NCBI GenBank assembly: GCA_965153285.1
Contig: OZ229110.1
DNA: 64,000 bases
Strand: one strand, 5' to 3'
Source of the DNA: Podarcis tiliguerta
Taxonomy: Eukaryota
In this document: piece after piece, positions 22,379 to 33,620 of the stretch
Layout: each line of letters starts with the position of its first letter
Position numbering within the stretch: the first letter of the stretch is position 1
The notes under the pieces: generated by a model
Told to the model about the DNA's origin: nothing
Seen by the model: the letters and a program-made list of their open reading frames with translations, nothing else
Database searches by the model: none
Position numbers and translations under genes: made by a program

Positions 22379-25300
22379 AATGTCGACCTTTGCCTCCAGT
22401 CCGGGGACTGGTGCAGTTTCTTTTAAAGCAGCAAGAGGAGGGAAGGACCAGTGCTTGGTGATAGTAGACCACACTTTCCACTGTACTTCTTAAATTTCAG
22501 TGGCTTTGAAGTTGCAGATTTAAATCTAGTCATATGTAAGAATCTACTAAGATGACTGAACATAAAAGGCAGTGGATATCATCTTTGGATAATGAGATGG
22601 ACTGGAGTCAGGCATGGGAGTGAAGAGTTCATCCATTTGCTTCGCTCTTCTCCTTTATGGTCTCTTTTCTTTGGGTCTGCATCATTCCCAGAGGTTTTTG
22701 TTGTGTTCTTTTTGGAGGACTTGCATACACATGGATCCTGTAAACTGCATTATTTCAGACAATTCGTCACCTCGCACTTCAATGGACTACGCAGAAACAT
22801 TGTACTCTCAAATTTCAGGACATGGAAACATTCCTTTCCTCACAGCATATAATCCCCAAATGTATGACTTCTAAGACTGAAACTCATGTGTATCTCTTTT
22901 CCCAACTTTTTTTTTTAAGCCCAAGCGTGCCTGTATCTTTTCCTCTGTGAAGTGAAAAGCAACTGCGGGTGAAGTTTTGAGTGGTCTTGGCAACCTTTGC
23001 TTTTGGTTTTAGGAAGGAAAAAAAAATTGGGGGGATAAAATACACACCACTACATTTTACATGCAGTTTCAGTCTTAAAGAGATGAAGCCTCTTCTACTG
23101 AAAAAACTCCACACAGCCCTCTTTTTGATAAAATTGTTGTCTTTGTCCTTGCAAGCAAGCAGGTCTTGAATTGAAAAGTGTAGCACTTCATGTAGTTATT
23201 TTCTTAAAACTCTGAATTTAAAACTGTTCTGGAATGGAGCTACTTTGCTTTGCCATTCATGAGATCTGGTTTCCCCAAGCATCTTTTCCAGCTAATAGAA
23301 TATCCATGCTTTCTTCTTCACTCTCAGTTTCCCTTGCTGCAAGAAGAAAAGAAAAATGTATTCCGAAACAATATGGAATTAAATCTGTAGGAATTTAGTT
23401 GGCATAAATAAGATCAAGTATGAAATCAGCAGTGAGCTGGAAAAGGAGGATGTATTTCATTAACCTTTTTACTCCCTGTGGCATATTCACTTGTGTGTGT
23501 TTTGTGTGTGTCAGTGCATGCAAAAGGAGGTGAAAACGTTTACACTGCAGCCACATGTCATGCCCTGATTTCATTTTCATTACGTTCCCTCACTCTGTGG
23601 CCATCCATAGCCGTTCACTGCTCCCTTCCCTGATACCTTTCAACTTATGTAGCAGCCCAGGCCAGTTGCTGCTTTTGTGCCATTTCCCCCTCATTGACTT
23701 TTTGCTTCTTGCAAACAGTGCGGTTGCAATAATGCAGACAACTGGATCTGATTTCATGGTGATATCATTGAAGGCCAACTCGGTTTGAATATTTTTGTTT
23801 GCCATTGGTGATGTTGTTATGTCTGAATGGCCATATAGTGACTCAGAGTGGTCTCAGAGTGCTTTTTTAAAAAAAGGTAACAAAGCAATAGCTGAATTGG
23901 GTTTGGCACTGCTGGCAAGCCAATATGGCAAAATAGGAAATACTGAACCTGGAAAAAAATTAGCATAGCACGGTTAAAGTATGCAAGTAAGTATATGTGT
24001 TTCTGAAGTATTTGGAAATGTGTGCTGTGGTTGCCTGCTCTCCGAAATTGCATTTTTGCTGAAATAATCCGGAAATTTGTTAGATGAAACATCTCAAAAT
24101 TGGGGAAGTTTACATTTTATTATTTCCCATCATTTTATGTTTCACTTCCCTCTGAGTTTTTCTGCTCTGGTAATACATTATGGATGATGAACTGCATATA
24201 TTGCTGTCACATTGGTGGGATAGTCTCTAGGTTGTCTATTTGCGTAGTTAATATGCCTTTTCAAAATTGAGTTTCACTGGCTTCTGTCTTGATCCATCAA
24301 AACATATCTGCCTGTTGTATAAGTGATGTACCTTTGTGGCTCTTCACATTGTTTTGTGTTGTGATAGAAGAACATGTGATTTCAGAACTGAGGCTTTTAA
24401 AGTTTGCTGTCTTTATTTAGTGTTGTCAGTGCATTAGGCTCTATACAGAGCGCAGAGGAGTTAGAAACACACACACACCCTTTCCCAGTGAATTAAAAGG
24501 ATAGGGCCCTCCTTCCTTGGAGGTTGAATTTCCATCTGTCATGGATGCTTTAGTTGAAATTCCTGCATTGCAAAGAGTCAGACTAGATAATCCTCAGGGT
24601 CCCTTGCAACTCTACAGTCCTATAATTCTATGAAAAGGAGACACCGGGACCTGAGAAAGAAGTAGCAAGAGGGAACGGTTAAGTGGGAATGATTAGGAAC
24701 AGGCAAATTGAAACTAGGGAACAGCAAGAACCAGTGGAGGCTGATCCATTAGGGAAAATGTGGTGCTGCCCCACCAACCTCAGATTCCTCCAAGTCTACC
24801 TGCCTGCCTTCTTATTTATACTCCGTTAGGCTCCTGGTTAGAGGAGAGAACTTAACTGGGAGTCCTGCTTAGGATAACATGCGAAGCCAAACTTCAGCTA
24901 AGCTCAGTATGGGAGCAAGAAGAATTGGGGCAGAGCACCTGCAAGCCCATCTCTGGAAGCCTAGGCGATTGTATGGTCTCCATTAGCCACCATTTGGTTG
25001 ACCATGTCATGTGAACCAGGCCTGTGTTCCCTGTTTAGCAGGAGACAAGAGAAGCAGAACTAAGTCCCTGTGCATGACGCAGTGTATGGGCACAAACCCT
25101 GGGTTCATTACACAGTTAATATTATTTCCTGCTAAATGACACATCCATGGAGCAATTGCTATCCTGGCAGGTCAAACTACTCCTGGGTGTGTGGGTGTGA
25201 CATCATATTGTTTCTATTTTAAAATGTACTGTTAGTGCTAATCACAGCAGTTGCCCTAGACTCTGAAGAAGCATCAATTAAAACACTTTTCCATTTCCTC

Positions 25301-26461
25301 TGTGTTGATTTTGCCAATAATTTTTATTGATTTTCCATAATTTTTAACAAATTGCCACCAAATTAATACAAATGCAATGCAAATTTAAAAGCTGACTTCC
25401 TACCCACCCACAGATGTCCACTCTTTGCTGCTCCCAATAAAATAACTTTTCCAACTATCATTTCATCCCTTCTCCCTACACATTGCCTGTTCAATTACCA
25501 ATTTCTGCTATGGGTTTTATACATTGTTATAACCTGTCCTCAAAATAGTTGAGTGGAGTAAATCCTCTTTATCTATAGTAGTCGTTCATCAATTTTCAAA
25601 CATTTCCTTCTGATACCTCTTGAGGAACACTTTGCCTGAGAAAAGCAGATCTTTCTTCCTCCCAGACAACACACACACATACCGGTATTCCTCCCTAACA
25701 TGGCCTTGAACATTGTTGTCTGACATCTGGCCCCAGTAACCAATAACTCAGCCTCACTGGTGCAGCATGCAGAGGGTGAAAATGAAACCCCTATATATAT
25801 TTTTGCATAAATATATAATATACATAATATAGTGTCACCTGGATTCAGCCAGATGTTTCAAGGAGGGCCAGAAGCGGAACACAAAAGCAGCACGCCTCCT
25901 CGTATCTCATTATGCCTGCCCAATTTCAAAAGCATGTGATCAGCTTAGATATCTTCCATGAGCGATCTATCCGTCCCACAGCAGGCCAGTGGGCAGGGAG
26001 GAAGAGATGGGTGGAATATTAAAAGAAAAGTCTGCAAGTAAGAGCTGCTTGACAATGGAGCCAGGATGGTGGGCTTTTCCCCATGCTGGAGGAGGTCTTC
26101 GAGGCTGGACAGACACATACTGAAGATGCTCCAATTTCCTGCCCACACCCCCCTCAGTGGAGGAACTCAAGAGCTACAGGAACATCCTTAACATCTGGCC
26201 ATCTAAAGGTCTGCTTGAAGTGGAGATGGGATCTATTGTTGGCAACATGCTACTCCAATGATATTTTGTTGCTTTGTTTTTGTTTCTCAATATTCCTGTA
26301 CACGTGTGTGTGTGTGTGTGCGTGTGCGTGTGCGCCTCCCCCCATAATGTTATTACTGGTTATAATTTACCACTAGATATCGTCAGAATTTCCTTATTGT
26401 GGCTTGAAAGGTAAAGTGCACACATGATTTAGAATCTATCATATTTTATTTATTATATGTA

Positions 26462-26686
26462 CAGTGGTACCTTGATTCTCAATGCCTTGGTACTCAAACG
26501 CCTTGGTTCCCAAACACTGAAAACCCGGAAGTAATTGTTCCAGCTTTCGAAAGTTTTTCGGGTGGTTGTCGGCTATTGTTTTCTGGGGCACCTGCACCAA
26601 TCACAAGCCGCACCTTAGTTTTCGAACATTTCAGAAGTCAAACGGACTTCCAGAACGGATTAAGTTCGAGAACCAAGGTATTTCTA
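26462..26686. mobile_element. Tigger/pogo-like MITE, degenerate right end
   Basis: TA-CAGTGGTACCT left TIR shared with the elements at 54069 and 63947. Confidence 0.6.
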
Positions 26687-27703
26687 TGGTAGTTTTTGTT
26701 ATGTAAATGGGGCCACGTACCCCCTGGTTATGTGGACCCGGGGGGGTCAACGGACCACCAATTGGGAACCACTGTTCTAGGTTATGAAGACCCTGTCCAA
26801 TCCTATAATTCGAATACTAGAACAAAATAGAATGAGGAATTTTTACTGAAATGTAATGGTCAAATTATATCCATTAATAACCGTGTGTGTGTGTATGTAG
26901 GCACACACATGCATAGATACAAAAACACAGCCACACAGTATTATTGGAGACTCCAACAATGGATTCCTTCAGGTTCCCATCTTGGAGGCACTGGAGAATG
27001 AGGGAGATGGGCCTTTCCCTTCCTTGTTATGGCCTGCTCCATATTTCATACTGCAGCGACATAGCAAACTACTGGATATACTGAGACTTGGAACTGAAGG
27101 CTTCTGGATCTGTGTTTTGGTACACCTGGTGGTAAGCTACTCAGGGCTGCACAGCAGAGAAACGTCAACATTGTAATGCCTACTCAGAAGTAAATTCCAT
27201 TAAGTTTAATGGGGCCAACTCCCAGATAAAGTAGGAATAGGTCTTTTCAGCCTTGCCATGTCTTCACCATCCTGGCAGACCTATTTCTTTGTTTAGAGCA
27301 GGTATTCATCTATGTCCCAGATGTTTGTCTGAAACTCTATTCATTTGGTGGGTGAACCTGGGCAAATGCTTAAAGATGGAAGTGAGTAGGCTACCTCAAG
27401 ATGAATGTCCAAATTCAATATCCTAACGAGGTTCTACACTGGGTCAAACATATTGTTACTCAGTTCCCCCCTGCACCTCCTCAAGGAAAAGTATGCATCA
27501 GTGAGAAAGAGAAATTTAGATGGGATTTTCTAAAACTGGGTAAGAATGTAATTACAGCATTGCCTGGCACTGGTAATGTAGAATGCTGTATTTGAATATT
27601 ATCTCCTGCCTGGTCATATTGGCACTCCCGCTTGTAGGTTTAAGAATTTCCACTGAGGTTAATGAGCATAAATGCCACTTTATGGTATCCTATGTTTATG
27701 TAT

Positions 27704-30075
27704 GTAAAGTAGGAAAAACCACTGGCCCAGTAAGATACAATCTAAGTCAAATCCCTTAGGAATACACAGTGGAAGTGAGGAACAGGTTTAAGGATTTAGA
27801 TTTGGTGGACAGAGTGCCTGAAGAACTATGGACGGAGGCTCGTAACATTATACAGGAGGCAGCAACTAAAACCATCCCAACGAAAAGGAAATGCAAGAAA
27901 GCAAAGTGGCTGTCCAACGAGGCCTTACAAATAGCGGGGGAGAGAAGGCAAGCAAAGTGCGAGGGAGATAGAGAAAGATACAGGGAATTGAATGCAGATT
28001 TCCAAAGAATAGCAAGGAGAGACAAGAAGGCCTTCTTAAACGAGCAATGCAAAGAAATAGAGGAAAACAATAGAATGGGAAGAAGAAGAAGAAGAGGAGG
28101 AGGAGGAGGAGGAGGAGGAGTTTGGATTTGATATCCTGCCTTTCACTCCCCTTCAGGAGTCTCAAAGCGGCTAACATTCTCCTTTCCCTTCCTCCCCCAC
28201 AACAAACACTGTGAGGTGAGCGTGGCTGAGAGACTTCAAAGAAGTGTGACTAGCCCAAGGTCACCCAGCAGCTGCATGTGGAGGAGCGGAGACGCGAACC
28301 CGGTTCCCCAGATTACGAGAATACCGCTCTTAACCACTACACCACACTGGCTCTCCAGAGATCTGTTCAAGAAAATTGGAGATATGAAAGGAACATTTCG
28401 TACAAAGATTACCATAATAAAAGACAAAAGTGGAAAGGACAAAACAGAAGCAGAAGACATCAAGAAGAGGTGGCAAGAATACACAGAGGAACTATACCAG
28501 AAAGAAATGGATGTCTCGTATACCCCAGGTAGTGTGGTTGCTGACCTTGAGCCTGACATCCTGGAGAGTGAAGTCAAATGGGCCTTAGAAAGCACTGCTA
28601 ATAACAAGGCCAGTGGAAGTGATGATATTCCAGCTGAACTATTTAAAATTTTAAAAGATGATGCTGTTAAGGTGCTACACTCAATATGCCAGCAAATTTG
28701 GAAAACTCAGCAGTGGCCAGAGGATTGGAGAAGATCAGTGTACATCCCAATCCCAAAGAAGGGCAGTGCCAAAGAATGCTCTGACTACTGCACAATTGCA
28801 CTCATTTCACACGCTAGCAAGGTTATGCTTAAAATTCTACAAGGCAGGCTTAAGCAGTATGTGGACCGAGAACTCCCAGAAGTGCAAGCTGGATTTCGAA
28901 GGGGCAGAGGAAGCAGAGACCAAATTGCAAACATGTGCTGGATTATGGAGAAAGCTAGAGAGTTCCAGAAAGACATCTACTTCTGCTTCATTGACTATGC
29001 AAAAGCCTTTGACTGTGTCGACCACAGCAAACTATGGCAAGTTCTTAAAGAAATGGGAGTGCCTTATCACCTCATCTGTTTCCTGAGAAATCTCTATGTG
29101 GGATAAGAAGCTACAGTTAGAACTGGATATGGAACAACTGATTGGTTCAAAATTGGGAAAGGAGTACGACAAGGCTGTATTTTGTCTCCCTGCTTATTTA
29201 ACTTATATGCAGAATTCATCATGCGAAAGGCTGGGCTGGATGAATCCCTAGCCGGAATTAAGATTGCTGGAAGAAATATCAACAACCTCAGATATGCAGA
29301 TGACACAACCTTGATGGCAGAAAGTGAGGAGGAATTAAAGAACCTTTTAATGAGGGTGAAAGAGGAGAGCGCAATATATGGTCTGATGCTCAACATCCAA
29401 AAAACGAAGATCATGGCCACTGGTCCCATCACCTCCTGGCAAATAGAAGGGGAGGAAATGGAGGCAGTGAGAGATTTTACTTTTTTGGGCTCCATGATCA
29501 CTGCAGATGGTGACAGCAGCCACGAAATTAAGAGACGCCTGCTTCTTGGGAGGAAAGCAATGACAAACCTAGACAGCATTTTAAAAAGTAGAGACATCAC
29601 CTTGCCAACAAAGGTCCGTATAGTAAAAGCTATGGTTTTCCCAGTAGTGATGTATGGAAGTGAGAGCTAGACCATAAGAGGGCTGATCGCCGAAGAATTG
29701 ACGCTTTTGAATTATGGTGCTGGAGGAGACTCTTGAGAGTCCCATGGACTGCAAGAAGATCAAACGCATCCATTCTTAAGGAAATCAGCCCTGAGTGCTC
29801 ACTGGAAGGACAGATCGTGAAGCTGAGGCTCCAATACTTTGGCCACCTCATGAGAAGAGAAGACTCACTGGAAAAGACCCTGATGTTGGGAAAGATGGAG
29901 GGCACAAGGAGAAGGGGACGACAGAGGACGAGATGGTTAGACAGTGTTCTCGAAGCTACAAACATGAATCTGACCAAACTGCGGGTGGCAGTGGAAGACA
30001 GGATTGCCTGGCGTGCTCTGGTCCATGGGGTCACGAAGAGTCGGACACGACTGAACGACTAAACAACAACAACAA
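27704..30075 (+). mobile_element. 5'-truncated BovB (RTE) LINE with RT domain, inactivated
   Basis: RT motifs QAGFRRGRG, FIDYAKAFD, GVRQGCILSP, LRYADD; stops at 29104 and 29668 plus a frameshift; (CAA)n tail; interrupted by a SINE. Confidence 0.95.
28084..28354 (-). mobile_element. Squam3-type CORE SINE inserted in BovB
   Basis: tRNA-derived head (minus strand CAGTGTGGTGTAGTGGTTAAGAGCGG...GGTTCGCGTCTCC), CORE segment and (CTC/CTT)n tail; the BovB frame resumes after it. Confidence 0.8.
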
Positions 30076-31726
30076 GGGACCTCATATTTCTATTTAATAC
30101 CTATTGTCACCTCATTGGTGATGATGGAGACATGCTTTGCCTACAAATGAAATCTGCAGAAAAACAGAATCTGTTCCTTTTCTTTTCCATATTCAATGAA
30201 ATTATAGCTGCTTTGTGAAATAACAGTGTTTATCTTTTGCATTTTCTTTCACTACTATAAAAATTGGCATTTCCAAAGCAGTGTAGACTTATAAAGCCTC
30301 AGTTTCCTTCCACAACATTACTGTATGAAGGAGGAAATTTGCAGTGCTGAGTGCTTTTAAAGGATATGGATTGCCATGGTAACCACTGACTTCTAAAGAC
30401 CACACAAATTACATATTTAATTGAAAGGCATGTTTTGATTTTGACTCTGTTTTATTTTTGTATAGTTTATCTGCCATCTCTTTGTATGTTAATTTGGTGT
30501 GGAGGTAGGGAGATGAAAGAACATTCAGAATGTTCCTGGAATAATTTGAGGAATCTGTTATATTATTTTTAGAAAAGATTGTTCAACTTCCTCTTCTTGG
30601 TCTTCTGTTTTGGACATTAATGTATTGTACTCAAGGAACATGACTGAAAAAGATTAATTCAAATGCAGATTGGACACTATTAGACTCCACCAAATTCTCT
30701 CTCTCTCTATATATACATATATAAATATAATTTTACTTAAATTTTCTATTTTACAATTTAGAATATTCATTTATACACCCTTAACATATCAATGACTTCC
30801 TTTCTTCTCTTTCAATGATTCATTTTACATAGCATAAATCCCAGCATATTTTATATCAACTAAACCATTCAGTATTTGATTATTACTTCCATCAAAACTT
30901 ATTTACACTGTTGAATTTATCTTAATGCTGCCAACATTTTCAAGTGTACACAACCCCCCCGCCCATATATTCAATAAACATTTTCCAATCTTCTTTAAAG
31001 GAATGTTCTTCTTGTTCTCTTATTCTATATGTTAGATCCACAAGCTGCGCATACTCCACCAAATTCAACTGGAGAGTTCGGATGCAATTCTAGACATACT
31101 GTCCTGGGAGTTGGTCCCATTGAACTCAATGTGACTTACTACTGAGTACACATGTTAAAAAAGTTGGGCGCCATCCTCACTCTCTGCCCAGTGATAGCAA
31201 GATTCCAGGGGTTTCAAGGTGCTCACCCAGGGTTTGTGCTCCTTTAGAGGGTTGAAGGCGTGACAGTGACTGTTGGAGCTTTAAGAAGTATGATTTATTC
31301 ACATATTGACACCATAGAGGGAGTCCGAATCTTACAGCATGGACATTTTAAGCAGGGCTTGGAAAGGATGATCCTGGAGAAGGACATGGCTCTCTTATTA
31401 GAACAATGAACACAGGCAGCCCATGCTGCAACATTTTGTTGCAGGACCCACTTGTTTTTCTCCAAAGGCAACAAAGGAAGTTAGAACACAAGATGCATCT
31501 GACAGTGAAATTCAGACAGCAAGACTTAATCCTGATTCACCATGAATAGCCAATTACAGTACACGAATATGGAATAATTATGTTGGAGAACACACTTGGA
31601 GTCTCCAGATATAATGGTAATTTAAATTATGGTTTTAGGAGAGACTGTTTTGTGTCGTGCTGAGTATGTCTGAACATGAGCACTCAAAATTAACCACTGA
31701 TTGCCTTAGAAGGAAAACACCACATG

Positions 31727-32095
31727 TAAGGTAAAGGTAAAGGACTCCAGGATGGGTAACTCCAGTGAAAGGCGACAATGGGGTTGTGGCGCTCATCTCG
31801 CTTTTCAGGCCAAGTGAGCCAGCATTTGTCCATAGACAGCTTTCTGGGTCATGTGACTAAACCGCTTCTGGCACAACAAAACACTGTGACCGAAGCCAGA
31901 GTGCATGGAAACGCCGTTTACCTTCCCACCGCAATGGTACCTATTTATCTGCTTGCACTGGCATGCTTTCAAACTGCTGGGTTGGCAGGAGCTGGGACAG
32001 AGCAACAGGTGCTCACTCCATCACGGGGATTTGAACCACCCACCTTCTGATCAGCAAGCCCAAGAGGCCGAGTGGTTTAGACCACAGGGCCACCT
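31727..32095 (-). mobile_element. Sauria SINE, older copy
   Basis: Reverse-complement body with (AAAGGT)n tail. Confidence 0.85.
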
Positions 32096-32333
32096 TCATC
32101 TGATGTCTTAGATGGAAAACATCACATGTGCACCTTAATGTCACAGTATTAATACAAGTATTCAGTTGCAACCCCCAAATGACTCATGTTTATATTATGC
32201 CATGGAAAACTGCTTTAGAAATGGAATTTCCATTGGTACATGCAAGAAGCAAAGCAGAAGGGGATTGGTGCTTTGGTTAGAAGGTGCTAATGGACTATCT
32301 GTTGCACCACAGGTATGGAGATAAGCCCGAACT

Positions 32334-32684
32334 CAGGCATAGGCAAACTTGGCCCTCCATGACAAATACCCCTTCCTCTTGGTTCATGTGGGAACCAATG
32401 ACACTGCAAGCAATAGCCTCCAGAAGATCAAAAGAGACTACAAGGCTCTGGGCAGGAAATTGAAGCAATTAAATGCACAAATTGTCATCTCATCTGTCCT
32501 CCCAGTTGAACGACGTGGCCCAGGGAGAGAGGGAAAAATAGTGGAAGTGAACAGCTGGCTTCGCAAATGGTGTAAACAGGAACGGTTTGGATTCTTAGAT
32601 CACGGACTGCAGTTTCTTGAAGATGGACTTCTGGCAAGAGATGGGCTGCACCTCACATCTGGAGGGCGAGTTTTCCTATGCCTG
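32334..32684. mobile_element. hAT MITE carrying a captured CR1 ORF1 (SGNH esterase) fragment
   Basis: Same TIRs as 18942 and 59156; 8-bp TSD CCCGAACT/CCCTAACT; interior 32360-32654 encodes LVHVGTND...DGLHL. Confidence 0.85.
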
Positions 32685-32991
32685 CCCTAACTCTTTGTGC
32701 CTTTGAATTGTACAAACTTCACAAATAATTACAGAATCTTTTGAATAGCACACTGCAATTCTAATGGAAGCTGTAGAATCTTGCTACCAGTCAGCAGAGA
32801 TTGGCTGGTGTCCAACCTTTGTAACATATTGTCAGAGCTGGCTCCTGGTCCCAGCTCACAGAGGACCAACGCTAGCCGGTAGTAAAGTACCAAAGTCTTT
32901 ATTGAAGTATAGTTTCCATTTCCAAACCTGAGCGCTCCAGCTCTACGTCTAGGGTCTAGACCGGCGAAGCTCCGTCTGAGTCTCCGCCCCC

Positions 32992-33191
32992 NNNNNNNNN
33001 NNNNNNNNNNNNNNNNNNNNNNNNNNNNNNNNNNNNNNNNNNNNNNNNNNNNNNNNNNNNNNNNNNNNNNNNNNNNNNNNNNNNNNNNNNNNNNNNNNNN
33101 NNNNNNNNNNNNNNNNNNNNNNNNNNNNNNNNNNNNNNNNNNNNNNNNNNNNNNNNNNNNNNNNNNNNNNNNNNNNNNNNNNNNNNNNNNN
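32992..33191. other. Assembly gap (200 N)
   Basis: Run of N; preceded by an LTR-like stretch starting TGTAACA at ~32820. Confidence 0.99.
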
Positions 33192-33429
33192 GGAAAGACA
33201 AAGAGGGAGAGAGAAGCCGGTGCAGTGGTTAAAAATGAAAAAAAGCAAAATGAATAAAAAAGCATACCAAATAGAAATGTATTTTAAAGCTGCATTCTTG
33301 AGCACACCTATTAGGGTGTAAGCCCAAGTGAAGACAGTGGGACTTCTCAATGGACATACATAGCATTGTGCAGAAAGAGAGAGACATAGGTAAAGGAATA
33401 TACCGGTATATAAAAAAATTAAAAAATTG

Positions 33430-33620
33430 TCCAGTAGCACCTTAAAGACCAACTAAGTTTGTTCTTGGTATGAGCTTTCGTGTGCATGCACACTTCTTCA
33501 GATACACTGAAACAGAAGTCACCAGACCTTTATATATACTGAGAGAGAGGGGAAGGGTTTTACTGAGAAGGGTGGTGGGAATGGGTGATTGGCTGATAGG
33601 TGTGGTAAACCTGTTGACGA
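33430..33620 (-). mobile_element. Penelope-like element fragment
   Basis: Characteristic squamate Penelope end containing a minimal hammerhead ribozyme. Ends approximate. Confidence 0.7.
33468..33505 (-). ncRNA. Minimal type I hammerhead ribozyme (Penelope-associated)
   Basis: GTAT-CTGAAGA-A-GTGTGC AT GCACAC-GAAA-GC-TC-ATAC: complete core, stem II, palindromic AGCT stem III and stem I. Confidence 0.75.

Noticed and set aside
28216-30062. Reverse transcriptase ORFs as an active or domesticated gene
   Set aside because: 5'-truncated BovB with no endonuclease domain, premature stops, a frameshift and a SINE insertion.
32729-33452. ORFs spanning the N run
   Set aside because: Artefacts of the assembly gap.
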